A stretch of 62,213 bases of DNA, filler included, from 12 parts of 12 records of this genome joined end to end with filler, not necessarily neighbours in it, one strand, 5' to 3'; positions 37,171-49,622 are shown, counted from the first letter of the whole stretch. The notes: generated from the sequence alone by a model not told the origin. Made by a program: numbers and translations.

Positions 37171-37199
37171 CCCATAAGCGCTAACTTAAGGGTTGTGGT
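37171..37199. mobile_element. IS186 terminal fragment
   Basis: CCCATAAGCGCTAACTTAAGGGTTGTGGT recognised as the IS186 end, 20 nt after the hokE stop; the contig breaks here. Confidence 0.8.
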
Positions 37200-37299
37200 N
37201 NNNNNNNNNNNNNNNNNNNNNNNNNNNNNNNNNNNNNNNNNNNTTAATTAATTAANNNNNNNNNNNNNNNNNNNNNNNNNNNNNNNNNNNNNNNNNNNN

Positions 37300-38906
37300 C
37301 CACAGCGCCTGCGACGGTTCGATGCACGATCTCAAAGGAGATGAGCACATACACAAAGGCCAAGATGCATGCACTAATCAGGACCTCGTATTTGACCAGA
37401 ATGCCAAATTGGGAAGCTGGACAGCACATCACCGGTACATTTCAGTCACAACGCACATACGGACAAAAACAGACTAACCGCACCATCCCACACCTGTTCA
37501 AACGCGAATACCGTGAAACCGTATCACCCACTAGCACACACACACACACACGAACACACACGACCCACACACACACCACGCACCGCCCCGCGTACCTTTG
37601 AACGTGGTGGCCAAGTAGTTCACATGGTTAGTTCGCATCTCCAGCCGCAGACACGCGTTCTGTGGCAACACAGTCTCATTGGCCAGGTTGTACACCTCAA
37701 ACAGGTACTCAATCTGCCCCTTCATGGACATGTTCTTGCGGTCCGGCTCGCCAATGTCGCGGAACTCACCCATACAGTAGGGCTGGGCTTGGAGGGTGAG
37801 CTCAAGGTAGGAGTCTATACACACAGAGGGTCAGGGTTAGGGTTAGGGGGAAGGGGGAGGGTGTTAAGATGAGGTATGAGGACAGTTATATGGGGGGGGG
37901 GGGTATTACTGTATTGATAAAGCACACAGATACGACATAAACCACGCAACAAACACACACACAATAGTACACATACACACACACACACACACCAGGCAAC
38001 TCAATCAGTACCATGGGGTTACCACACAACACGATGCAATTGACACAATAACCTCACACAAGTACTCTGTCACAACGCACGTACTGTTCTGTCGTGCACG
38101 CTGCGAGAACACCACGGCCTCGAACTGATAGCGGGGCCAGGGCAGAAGCTCATAGTGTTTGCTGTGTGGGGAGGAGTGAGAGGGAGACACACAGAGACGG
38201 TAAAACACGCACACAGCAAAGAAAGTGAGGGAACGAGAGAAGAGAAGATGAATATACACACAGAGACAGAGAAGATGATGCAGTTACGCATACAAAGATA
38301 CACACACAAACACACACACACATACACGGATACAAACACAAAATGCACGTACGGATGCGATGCGTTCAGGCCGTAGAGCGGGAACGCGTCAAACGCCTCG
38401 TTGCCAGGACCCACAACATACAGCGCCGTCGACCCAAGCATCACCAGGAACAGCGCAATCAGGGCGCCGCGCTTGAAGTACCAGATGATCTTCTGCGTCT
38501 TGGTCATCATCGCAAACTCAATCTCACCATGTCCGCTGCCGTGGGAGGAACCACCACCGTGGCCCACCACTTTGTCGTCGCCGCTGATGAGGCCGACCAT
38601 ATCGGACCCGTGGGCATCGGAGGCAAACGTCTCTGTGAAAGCACACATACAAAAGAACAAACAAACAGAGTGAGATCGAGATACATAGAGACTACATATG
38701 CAGCACGCCATGAGCAACATGAAAGTGGGCGGGATCGGATCAAATCACGGACAGTCTACCACCACACAAACCCACACATACAAACACGACGGACCAAAAC
38801 CACAGACAAAATCGTACGCACCTTCTTTCAGGTTGATCTCCACCGAGTCGGGCGTGTGAATGTTGCTCATCTCCACAGCAGTGGGTGCCTTGTGCGAGTG
38901 ATCCAT
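37300..38906 (-). CDS. OCA2/P-protein-like ion transporter (eukaryotic, spliced, 3' end truncated)
   Basis: Exons 38906-38822, 38632-38353, 38161-38085, 37814-37596, 37416-<37300; GT-AG with phases 1,2,1,1; TM1, luminal loop, then ILAFVYVLISFEIVHRTVAG (recalled human OCA2: [20 protein letters not shown]). Confidence 0.8.
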
Positions 38907-39247
38907 CGTTCACGCACACAGACACAGACACACACACAGAGACAGACACCGAGCGCAGTGCGGAGAGTCTGCGAAAACGGGCTTGTTGTGTGTTTGTGTG
39001 TTGTGGATCGCAAGTTGTGTGAGCTAAAAATCTCCCCTCTCGGCAGATTTCCGAGTTACGCCGATAAAAAAGAAGTGGAATCGCGATCGTTCGATCTCGG
39101 TGTTGGTTGGTCAATTCGTTGACTTGCGTCGTCAGTCAATTTACTGACCGGAACGGAACGTTCATTCGTCATCCTTTGTGTGTGCGCGCGGATACAGGGA
39201 TTTCTGTTATATCTGCGGACAGAGAAGGGAAAGACAGATTTACGATC

Positions 39248-40200
39248 ATGTTCACTGCCGCAGGTCTCGTTGCGAAAAGTAAAATCCCCGAATTGGGGCG
39301 GTATTTGCGGTGGTTTGGATTAGGGCTCAGCGCATGTACGTTGCTCGCATTCTTTCATCGCATCTTTCACTCACATAACGTGGCCAATGCGTCATTGCTC
39401 ATTTTCAATGTGACAGTGATGGTGCTGACATCGCTGCTGGGAATCATCTTGGCGGGGGTGGGTGTGCTCACAGAGGGGCTGTGGTCCGGCATATACACTC
39501 TGTACGTTGTGTGTGTGTCATTCGCCCATTCGGAATCTTTCCACAATCCGCTGCCGCTCCGTGGGAGCAACTCTCGCGTTGCGGTGTTGTAATTGTGGGT
39601 GTGCGTGTTTGTGAGCCGTGATATCCATGTCCGCTTTGAACTGACGGACTGAGGACGAGGGGGTCGTGTGGTGGTCTGTGCTGTATATTTGTGTGTCGCT
39701 CTTTCTTGCATTTCTGTCTCGCACTCACTCACTCACTCACTTACATGTGTTGTTGTTGTGTCACAGCATCATCACGCCTGTTGTATTCATCATGGAGCTC
39801 CCTGTCGCCCCTATTATGAGACACATGCCCCATGTCGTCCAGAAGAACTTTTACCTGCGCGTGCTCTACGTCGTGTACGTGCTCCGGCTGCTTCGTATGT
39901 GTGTGCGAGTGTCTGTGTGCGTGTGCGTACGTGTATGTGTTGTGTGTGTGCGTGTATCCGTGTGCGTGTGAGTGCGTGTGCGTTTGCTGCGTGAGTGTCC
40001 GCGTGTGTGGTTTGCTATGGTGTCTGTAGTCCCTATGTAGTTATTCATGAACTCATTCTAGCATGTCTCTCTCTCACTCTTGCTGTCTGTGTGTGCAGTC
40101 TGTCGATCTGCACCTTCTTCAACAAAGCCACCATCATCTGTGGTGTGGGTCTTATCCTGCTTGGTCTTGGGTATGGTGTGGCTGGCTTCAGAGGCGAGAG
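39248..40200 (+). CDS. p22phox/NoxD (cytochrome b558 alpha)-like protein (eukaryotic, spliced, 3' end truncated)
   Basis: Exons 39248-39335, 39417-39501, 39767-39874, 40099->40200; all donors GTACGT; product contains GIYTL...FIMELP, KNFYLRVLYVVLS, ATII and YGVAGFRGE. Confidence 0.75.
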
Positions 40201-40301
40201 NNNNNNNNNNNNNNNNNNNNNNNNNNNNNNNNNNNNNNNNNNNNTTAATTAATTAANNNNNNNNNNNNNNNNNNNNNNNNNNNNNNNNNNNNNNNNNNNN
40301 G

Positions 40302-41807
40302 GAAGATCAGATCAAAACGACCTTTGCTGACGTTGCGGGCTGCGACGAAGCAAAAGAAGAAGTTGCTGAACTGGTTGAGTATCTGCGCGAGCCGAGCCGC
40401 TTCCAGAAACTCGGCGGTAAGATCCCGAAAGGCGTCTTGATGGTCGGTCCTCCGGGTACCGGTAAAACGCTGCTGGCGAAAGCGATTGCAGGCGAAGCGA
40501 AAGTTCCGTTCTTTACTATCTCCGGTTCTGACTTCGTAGAAATGTTCGTCGGTGTGGGTGCATCCCGTGTTCGTGACATGTTCGAACAGGCGAAGAAAGC
40601 GGCACCGTGCATCATCTTTATCGATGAAATCGACGCCGTAGGCCGCCAGCGTGGCGCTGGTCTGGGCGGTGGTCACGATGAACGTGAACAGACTCTGAAC
40701 CAGATGCTGGTTGAGATGGATGGCTTCGAAGGTAACGAAGGTATCATCGTTATCGCCGCGACTAACCGTCCGGACGTTCTCGACCCGGCCCTGCTGCGTC
40801 CTGGCCGTTTCGACCGTCAGGTTGTGGTCGGCTTGCCAGATGTTCGCGGTCGTGAGCAGATCCTGAAAGTTCACATGCGTCGCGTACCATTGGCACCCGA
40901 TATCGACGCGGCAATCATTGCCCGTGGTACTCCTGGTTTCTCCGGTGCTGACCTGGCGAACCTGGTGAACGAAGCGGCACTGTTCGCTGCTCGTGGCAAC
41001 AAACGCGTTGTGTCGATGGTTGAGTTCGAGAAAGCGAAAGACAAAATCATGATGGGTGCGGAACGTCGCTCCATGGTGATGACGGAAGCGCAGAAAGAAT
41101 CGACGGCTTACCACGAAGCGGGTCATGCGATTATCGGTCGCCTGGTGCCGGAACACGATCCGGTGCACAAAGTGACGATTATCCCACGCGGTCGTGCGCT
41201 GGGTGTGACTTTCTTCTTGCCTGAGGGCGACGCAATCAGCGCCAGCCGTCAGAAACTGGAAAGCCAGATTTCTACGCTGTACGGTGGTCGTCTGGCAGAA
41301 GAGATCATCTACGGGCCGGAACATGTATCTACCGGTGCGTCCAACGATATTAAAGTTGCGACCAACCTGGCACGTAACATGGTGACTCAGTGGGGCTTCT
41401 CTGAGAAATTGGGTCCACTGCTGTACGCGGAAGAAGAAGGTGAAGTGTTCCTCGGCCGTAGCGTAGCGAAAGCGAAACATATGTCCGATGAAACTGCACG
41501 TATCATCGACCAGGAAGTGAAAGCACTGATTGAGCGTAACTATAATCGTGCGCGTCAGCTTCTGACCGACAATATGGATATTCTGCATGCGATGAAAGAT
41601 GCTCTCATGAAATATGAGACTATCGACGCACCGCAGATTGATGACCTGATGGCACGTCGCGATGTACGTCCGCCAGCGGGCTGGGAAGAACCAGGCGCTT
41701 CTAACAATTCTGGCGACAATGGTAGTCCAAAGGCTCCTCGTCCGGTTGATGAACCGCGTACGCCGAACCCGGGTAACACCATGTCAGAGCAGTTAGGCGA
41801 CAAGTAA
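40302..41807 (+). CDS. ftsH: ATP-dependent zinc metalloprotease, 5' end truncated
   Basis: GPPGTGKT Walker A, IFIDEID Walker B, HEAGH zinc motif. Confidence 0.98.
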   Translation, partial: EDQIKTTFADVAGCDEAKEEVAELVEYLREPSRFQKLGGKIPKGVLMVGPPGTGKTLLAKAIAGEAKVPFFTISGSDFVEMFVGVGASRVRDMFEQAKKAAPCIIFIDEIDAVGRQRGAGLGGGHDEREQTLNQMLVEMDGFEGNEGIIVIAATNRPDVLDPALLRPGRFDRQVVVGLPDVRGREQILKVHMRRVPLAPDIDAAIIARGTPGFSGADLANLVNEAALFAARGNKRVVSMVEFEKAKDKIMMGAERRSMVMTEAQKESTAYHEAGHAIIGRLVPEHDPVHKVTIIPRGRALGVTFFLPEGDAISASRQKLESQISTLYGGRLAEEIIYGPEHVSTGASNDIKVATNLARNMVTQWGFSEKLGPLLYAEEEGEVFLGRSVAKAKHMSDETARIIDQEVKALIERNYNRARQLLTDNMDILHAMKDALMKYETIDAPQIDDLMARRDVRPPAGWEEPGASNNSGDNGSPKAPRPVDEPRTPNPGNTMSEQLGDK

Positions 41808-41838
41808 GTTCCCGCATCAGATGACTGTATTTGTACCG

Positions 41839-41868
41839 AAAACCCCGGGGCGTGCTCCGGGGTTTTTT
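41839..41868 (+). terminator. intrinsic terminator after ftsH
   Basis: AAAACCCCGG...CCGGGGTTTTTT. Confidence 0.85.
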
Positions 41869-41896
41869 CTTATCAATTCATACCAGGGATAACATC

Positions 41897-42745
41897 ATGA
41901 AACTCTTTGCCCAGGGTACTTCACTGGACCTTAGCCATCCTCACGTAATGGGGATCCTCAACGTCACGCCTGATTCCTTTTCGGATGGTGGCACGCATAA
42001 CTCGCTGATAGATGCGGTGAAACATGCGAATCTGATGATCAACGCTGGCGCGACGATCATTGACGTTGGTGGCGAGTCCACGCGCCCAGGGGCGGCGGAA
42101 GTTAGCGTTGAAGAAGAGTTGCAACGTGTTATTCCTGTGGTTGAGGCAATTGCTCAACGCTTCGAAGTCTGGATCTCAGTCGATACATCCAAACCAGAAG
42201 TCATCCGTGAGTCAGCGAAAGTTGGCGCTCACATTATTAATGATATCCGCTCCCTTTCCGAACCTGGCGCTCTGGAGGCGGCTGCAGAAACCGGTTTACC
42301 GGTTTGTCTGATGCATATGCAGGGAAATCCAAAAACCATGCAGGAAGCTCCGAAGTATGACGATGTCTTTGCAGAAGTGAATCGCTACTTTATTGAGCAA
42401 ATAGCACGTTGCGAGCAGGCGGGTATCGCAAAAGAGAAATTGTTGCTCGACCCCGGATTCGGTTTCGGTAAAAATCTCTCCCATAACTATTCATTACTGG
42501 CGCGCCTGGCTGAATTTCACCATTTCAACCTGCCGCTGTTGGTGGGTATGTCACGAAAATCGATGATTGGGCAGCTGCTGAACGTGGGGCCGTCCGAGCG
42601 CCTGAGCGGTAGTCTGGCCTGTGCGGTCATTGCCGCAATGCAAGGCGCGCACATCATTCGTGTTCATGACGTCAAAGAAACCGTAGAAGCGATGCGGGTG
42701 GTGGAAGCCACTCTGTCTGCAAAGGAAAACAAACGCTATGAGTAA
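41897..42745 (+). CDS. folP: dihydropteroate synthase
   Basis: 282 aa from [26 protein letters not shown] and SRKS motifs. Confidence 0.97.
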
Positions 42746-44075
42746 TCGTAAATATTTCGGTACCGATGGGATTCGTGGTCGTGTAGGGGATGCGCCGATC
42801 ACACCTGATTTTGTGCTTAAGCTGGGTTGGGCCGCGGGTAAAGTGCTGGCGCGCCACGGCTCCCGTAAGATTATTATTGGTAAAGACACGCGTATTTCTG
42901 GCTATATGCTGGAGTCAGCACTGGAAGCGGGTCTGGCGGCAGCGGGCCTTTCCGCACTCTTCACTGGCCCGATGCCAACACCGGCCGTGGCTTATCTGAC
43001 GCGTACCTTCCGCGCAGAGGCCGGAATTGTGATATCTGCATCGCATAACCCGTTCTACGATAATGGCATTAAATTCTTCTCTATCGACGGCACCAAACTG
43101 CCGGATGCGGTAGAAGAGGCCATCGAAGCGGAAATGGAAAAGGAGATCAGCTGCGTTGATTCGGCAGAACTGGGTAAAGCCAGCCGTATCGTTGATGCCG
43201 CGGGTCGCTATATCGAGTTTTGCAAAGCCACGTTCCCGAACGAACTTAGCCTCAGTGAACTGAAGATTGTGGTGGATTGTGCAAACGGTGCGACTTATCA
43301 CATCGCGCCGAACGTGCTGCGCGAACTGGGGGCGAACGTTATCGCTATCGGTTGTGAGCCAAACGGTGTAAACATCAATGCCGAAGTGGGGGCTACCGAC
43401 GTTCGCGCGCTCCAGGCTCGTGTGCTGGCTGAAAAAGCGGATCTCGGTATTGCCTTCGACGGCGATGGCGATCGCGTGATTATGGTTGACCATGAAGGCA
43501 ATAAAGTCGATGGCGATCAGATCATGTATATCATCGCGCGTGAAGGTCTTCGTCAGGGCCAGCTGCGTGGTGGCGCTGTGGGTACATTGATGAGCAACAT
43601 GGGGCTTGAACTGGCGCTGAAACAGTTAGGAATTCCATTTGCGCGCGCGAAAGTGGGTGACCGCTACGTACTGGAAAAAATGCAGGAGAAAGGCTGGCGT
43701 ATCGGTGCAGAGAATTCCGGTCATGTGATCCTGCTGGATAAAACTACTACCGGTGACGGCATCGTTGCTGGCTTGCAGGTGCTGGCGGCGATGGCACGTA
43801 ACCATATGAGCCTGCACGACCTTTGCAGCGGCATGAAAATGTTCCCGCAGATTCTGGTTAACGTACGTTACACCGCAGGTAGCGGCGATCCACTTGAGCA
43901 TGAGTCAGTTAAAGCCGTGACCGCAGAGGTTGAAGCTGCGCTGGGCAACCGTGGACGCGTGTTGCTGCGTAAATCCGGCACCGAACCGTTAATTCGCGTG
44001 ATGGTGGAAGGCGAAGACGAAGCGCAGGTGACTGAATTTGCACACCGCATCGCCGATGCAGTAAAAGCCGTTTAA
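42738..44075 (+). CDS. glmM: phosphoglucosamine mutase
   Basis: 445 aa; FGTDG, SASHNP and DGDGDR motifs. Confidence 0.98.
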
Positions 44076-44093
44076 AGCGTTAGATAACTGGCT

Positions 44094-44120
44094 AAAAAGG
44101 CGGCGATTGTCGCCTTTTTT
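44094..44120 (+). terminator. intrinsic terminator after glmM
   Basis: AAAAAGGCGGC-gatt-GTCGCCTTTTTT. Confidence 0.75.
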
Positions 44121-44302
44121 CTCAGCGAACACATCGGTTTTGCTGTTTTTTTCCGCAGTTGATACAATGCGATAAAATTGCCCTTGCGAAGGTCATTCGC
44201 TTTGGTTAGTATTCACACCCGCTTCAGTGGGAAAGATTAAAAACTCCCGCTTTATTGGTTGAAGCATTGGTACGCGGCAACTCCGCAAGGAACAGGTTGA
44301 TT

Positions 44303-44635
44303 ATGTATGAAGCTCTTTTAGTAGTTTTCCTTATTGTGGCAATTGGCCTTGTTGGTCTGATCATGCTGCAGCAAGGTAAAGGCGCTGATATGGGAGCCTC
44401 CTTCGGAGCAGGCGCTTCCGCTACGCTGTTTGGTTCAAGTGGTTCTGGTAACTTCATGACCCGCATGACGGCGCTGCTGGCAACGTTATTCTTCATCATC
44501 AGTCTGGTGCTGGGTAACATCAATAGCAACAAAACCAATAAAGGTAGCGAATGGGAAAATCTGAGTGCACCGGCGAAAACCGAACAAACTCAGCCAGCTG
44601 CTCCGGCTAAGCCGACCAGCGATATCCCGAACTAA
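44303..44635 (+). CDS. secG: preprotein translocase subunit SecG
   Basis: 110 aa MYEALLVVFL; LQQGKGADMGASFG. Confidence 0.97.
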   Translation: MYEALLVVFLIVAIGLVGLIMLQQGKGADMGASFGAGASATLFGSSGSGNFMTRMTALLATLFFIISLVLGNINSNKTNKGSEWENLSAPAKTEQTQPAAPAKPTSDIPN

Positions 44636-44649
44636 AAAGTAGTATCCGT

Positions 44650-44736
44650 GCCGAGGTGGTGGAATTGGTAGACACGCTACCTTGAGGTGGTAGTGCCCAA
44701 TAGGGCTTACGGGTTCAAGTCCCGTCCTCGGTACCA
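44650..44736 (+). tRNA. leuU: tRNA-Leu(GAG)
   Basis: 87-nt cloverleaf with long variable arm, anticodon GAG at 44684-44686, GGTTCAAGTCC T-arm, 3' CCA. Confidence 0.97.
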
Positions 44737-44743
44737 AATTCCA

Positions 44744-44772
44744 GAAAAGAGACGCTGAAAAGCGTCTTTTTT
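44744..44772 (+). terminator. intrinsic terminator after leuU
   Basis: AGACGCT-gaaa-AGCGTCTTTTTT. Confidence 0.85.
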
Positions 44773-45194
44773 CGTTTTGGTCCTGGTCTGAGGAATGGTT
44801 GTCAGGTATCTGTATCTCGTCCAGTTGCTTTACTCGTAGCTGGTACCTTGAAACGATGGTGCCGGTACGCCTTAGTTATAAATTTTTCCCTTCTACTGAC
44901 ATAATTGGCACTTTATTGTGTCAACTCCAGTTCCGGTACGAATACGGATATGTTTACTTCTCGATAAACCATCCTGCTCCTGTCAGTATAACGACTGATG
45001 GCTACGTTCTGCGTAATGTTTAGAGACGCATTGATAATGTTATTTAATTACTGAGAACGCAATGGCCGCATCATTTAAAAAGAAAAAACTAACAGTGTTT
45101 CGTTCTGATATGGATCAGAGTTGAAAAACATGTCTGATATAAAATTAAACATTGTTGATAATTGTTTATATTGGTTGTGAACTTGGATTTCTGG

Positions 45195-46820
45195 ATGACA
45201 GTATTCAACAAATTTGCTAGAACTTTTAAATCTCATTGGTTGTTGTATCTTTGTGTTATTGTTTTTGGTATTACGAACTTAGTCGCTTCTTCCGGAGCGC
45301 ATATGGTTCAGCGCTTGCTGTTCTTCGTTCTGACCATCCTGGTTGTAAAACGTATATCATCCCTTCCGCTTCGCCTGCTTGTTGCCGCACCATTTGTGTT
45401 ACTGACTGCGGCAGACATGAGTATTAGCCTCTATTCATGGTGTACCTTTGGTACAACTTTCAATGATGGATTTGCGATTAGTGTGCTCCAGAGTGATCCG
45501 GATGAAGTTGTCAAAATGCTGGGGATGTATATCCCTTATCTATGTGCCTTTGCTTTTTTATCCCTTCTTTTTTTGGCAGTAATAATAAAATATGATGTTT
45601 CCTTGCCGACAAAAAAAGTGACAGGAATATTATTGCTGATTGTCATTTCGGGCAGTTTATTTTCCGCTTGTCAATTTGCTTATAAAGATGCAAAAAATAA
45701 AAAAGCGTTCAGTCCATATATACTAGCGTCGCGATTTGCTACCTATACGCCGTTTTTCAATCTCAACTATTTTGCTTTAGCAGCGAAAGAGCATCAAAGA
45801 TTACTCTCAATTGCAAACACGGTGCCGTATTTTCAATTATCAGTCAGGGATACAGGTATTGATACCTACGTGTTGATTGTGGGGGAGTCTGTACGTGTCG
45901 ACAATATGTCTTTGTATGGATATACACGCTCTACGACACCGCAAGTTGAAGCACAAAGAAAACAGATCAAACTGTTTAATCAAGCAATAAGCGGCGCACC
46001 TTACACTGCGCTGTCGGTTCCCCTTTCTTTAACTGCTGATTCTGTTTTGAGTCATGACATTCATAATTACCCCGACAACATTATTAATATGGCTAATCAA
46101 GCAGGATTTCAGACTTTCTGGCTAAGCTCGCAATCCGCTTTTCGGCAGAATGGTACAGCAGTTACCAGTATCGCCATGCGCGCCATGGAAACAGTTTATG
46201 TCAGAGGATTTGATGAATTGTTGTTGCCGCATTTATCGCAAGCATTACAGCAAAATACGCAGCAAAAGAAACTGATTGTTCTTCATTTAAATGGAAGCCA
46301 TGAACCGGCTTGTAGCGCCTATCCGCAATCCAGCGCCGTGTTTCAACCGCAGGACGATCAGGATGCCTGCTATGACAACTCCATTCATTACACAGATAGT
46401 TTGCTAGGTCAGGTTTTTGAATTATTAAAAGATCGCCGCGCCTCGGTCATGTATTTTGCCGACCACGGCCTGGAACGTGACCCTACGAAGAAGAACGTCT
46501 ATTTTCATGGAGGCAGGGAGGCTAGCCAGCAGGCATATCATGTCCCGATGTTTATCTGGTATAGCCCCGTTCTTGGGGATGGCGTGGATCGCACAACGGA
46601 AAACAACATCTTTTCGACAGCTTACAATAATTACCTTATTAATGCGTGGATGGGGGTAACAAAGCCGGAACAGCCGCAAACGCTTGAGGAAGTGATTGCA
46701 CACTATAAAGGAGACTCACGGGTTGTGGATGCAAACCATGATGTTTTCGATTATGTGATGCTCAGAAAGGAGTTTACAGAGGATAAGCAAGGTAACCCCA
46801 CCCCTGAAGGGCAGGGTTGA
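45195..46820 (+). CDS. yhbX: EptA-family phosphoethanolamine transferase-like membrane protein
   Basis: 541 aa from MTVFNKF; VGESVR, TALSVP, HLNGSH and ADHG motifs. Confidence 0.93.
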   Translation: MTVFNKFARTFKSHWLLYLCVIVFGITNLVASSGAHMVQRLLFFVLTILVVKRISSLPLRLLVAAPFVLLTAADMSISLYSWCTFGTTFNDGFAISVLQSDPDEVVKMLGMYIPYLCAFAFLSLLFLAVIIKYDVSLPTKKVTGILLLIVISGSLFSACQFAYKDAKNKKAFSPYILASRFATYTPFFNLNYFALAAKEHQRLLSIANTVPYFQLSVRDTGIDTYVLIVGESVRVDNMSLYGYTRSTTPQVEAQRKQIKLFNQAISGAPYTALSVPLSLTADSVLSHDIHNYPDNIINMANQAGFQTFWLSSQSAFRQNGTAVTSIAMRAMETVYVRGFDELLLPHLSQALQQNTQQKKLIVLHLNGSHEPACSAYPQSSAVFQPQDDQDACYDNSIHYTDSLLGQVFELLKDRRASVMYFADHGLERDPTKKNVYFHGGREASQQAYHVPMFIWYSPVLGDGVDRTTENNIFSTAYNNYLINAWMGVTKPEQPQTLEEVIAHYKGDSRVVDANHDVFDYVMLRKEFTEDKQGNPTPEGQG

Positions 46821-46827
46821 TGTCGAA

Positions 46828-48186
<1,359 letters not shown>

Positions 48187-48222
48187 TTAATTAACTGATG
48201 ATGAGCCTGGATTTCCGCTCTC

Positions 48223-48261
48223 ACTGAATTTTTATGCAAAATAAATGAGTTTTCATTTAAT
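48223..48261. promoter_or_regulatory. tandem ArgR (ARG) boxes upstream of argG
   Basis: ACTGAATTTTTATGCAAA and AATGAGTTTTCATTTAAT, 18-mers separated by 3 bp. Confidence 0.75.
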
Positions 48262-48396
48262 CATCTTTTATCGGAGACAGGAAGAGTTTAGTGTGTTTTT
48301 TGTAAAATAATGCGCTTAAGGGAGAGCAGGAGAAGGCAAAAGTATTCAACAAATGAAAGTGAACTGGATATTCATTCACATGATTAGCAATAAACG

Positions 48397-48426
48397 TTGA
48401 CAAAATGTGGCGTGGATCACTATAAT
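48397..48426 (+). promoter_or_regulatory. sigma70 promoter upstream of metY
   Basis: TTGACA-N18-TATAAT. Confidence 0.8.
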
Positions 48427-48474
48427 GCCTGCAGATTTTACGTCCCGTCTCGGTACACCAAATCCCAGCAGTAT

Positions 48475-48503
48475 TTGCATTTTTTACCCAAAACGAGTAG
48501 AAT
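48475..48503 (+). promoter_or_regulatory. second sigma70 promoter upstream of metY
   Basis: TTGCAT-N17-TAGAAT, 15 nt before the tRNA. Confidence 0.65.
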
Positions 48504-48518
48504 TTGCCACGTTTCAGG

Positions 48519-48564
48519 CGCGGGGTGGAGCAGCCTGGTAGCTCGTCGGGCTCATAACCCGAAG
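48519..48564 (+). tRNA. metY: initiator tRNA-fMet(CAT), 3' half cut by the contig end
   Basis: CGCGGGGTGGAGCAGCCTGGTAGCTCGTCGGGCTCATAACCCGAAG; GGG/CCC anticodon stem; next to argG. Confidence 0.95.
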
Positions 48565-48664
48565 NNNNNNNNNNNNNNNNNNNNNNNNNNNNNNNNNNNN
48601 NNNNNNNNTTAATTAATTAANNNNNNNNNNNNNNNNNNNNNNNNNNNNNNNNNNNNNNNNNNNN

Positions 48665-48742
<78 letters not shown>

Positions 48743-48761
48743 CTGCTCCAGACGCCGCAAC

Positions 48762-49040
48762 TTACTGCTGTGACGCCTGCTGAAACAGGTTTTCCCACAT
48801 ATCGGTCACCAGCGCCTGGTCACGCGGCGACAATTCACCAGCACCAATGGCTTTTTCCAGACTCTGGCTAACGGTCGTATGCACCGCCTGAGCGGAGTGG
48901 TCATCACCACTTTCCAGTTCTGCGATGGCTAATGTCAGGTGGCCACGCAAATACCCACTGGCAAACAACTCATCATCACTGGCATGGTCAACCATACCGT
49001 CGATTAATGCCAGAATGCGTGATTCAAACTCCGCGATCAT
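48762..49040 (-). CDS. yfcL: YfcL-family protein
   Basis: 92 aa; [15 protein letters not shown]. Confidence 0.93.
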
Positions 49041-49073
49041 CTTCTTTCCTCATTGTAAAACGTGGCGCTGGCT

Positions 49074-49622
49074 TCAGTTGAGCGCTTCCGGCCACGGGAA
49101 CTGTTCCGCCGTAAGTTCCGGCGTGTGATAATAATTTTGTAGTGCTTTAATGAAGCGTGCCGGACGTTCCGGAATGCCATTTGTCAGATAATCCATCACC
49201 TGCGCATGTACTCGCCGTTGAAACACCACACGATCCGGTTCGAAATCCCCTTCCAGATTGTCGCAACTGACGTTAAACGGATATCCCGCCGCCACACAGA
49301 ACAACCAGTCGAGCGCCTGCGGCTTCACTTCAACATCTTCAAACTGGCTTTGCGTTTGGGCATCGCGTCCGTCCGGGCAATACCAGTAGCCGAAATCAAC
49401 CAGCTCACGGCGCGCTTTCCCGGCAATACACCAGTGCGAAATCTCATGAATTGCGCTGGCATAAAAGCCATGAGCAAAGACGATTCGGTTATACGGTACT
49501 TCCGCATCAGCAGGAAGATAGATCGGTTCGTCGTCGCCTTTAATCAGACGGGTATTAAAATCATCGGCAAAGCAGCTATTAAAAATTTCAATCAACTGCT
49601 CGTAGTGGTGTGTACTGTTCAT
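49074..49622 (-). CDS. epmC: elongation factor P hydroxylase (YfcM)
   Basis: 182 aa from MNSTHHYE; HEISHW, DFGYWYCPDGR and VEVKPQALDW motifs. Confidence 0.94.
   Translation of the reverse strand: MNSTHHYEQLIEIFNSCFADDFNTRLIKGDDEPIYLPADAEVPYNRIVFAHGFYASAIHEISHWCIAGKARRELVDFGYWYCPDGRDAQTQSQFEDVEVKPQALDWLFCVAAGYPFNVSCDNLEGDFEPDRVVFQRRVHAQVMDYLTNGIPERPARFIKALQNYYHTPELTAEQFPWPEALN

Noticed and set aside
38343-39122. 259-aa + strand ORF and similar T/H- or C/V-rich ORFs in the eukaryotic contigs
   Set aside because: They are antisense to spliced genes or translations of CA/TG microsatellites, which lack stop codons.
40245-41588. 447-aa antisense ORF over ftsH; likewise 47125-48198 over argG and others over eut, gab and cus
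   Set aside because: Shadow ORFs produced by codon bias of real genes on the opposite strand; no independent motifs.
44773-46820. AT-rich segment after tRNA leuU as an integrated island
   Set aside because: No integrase or tRNA 3' duplication is visible; leuU-yhbX-argG is the ordinary K-12 arrangement.
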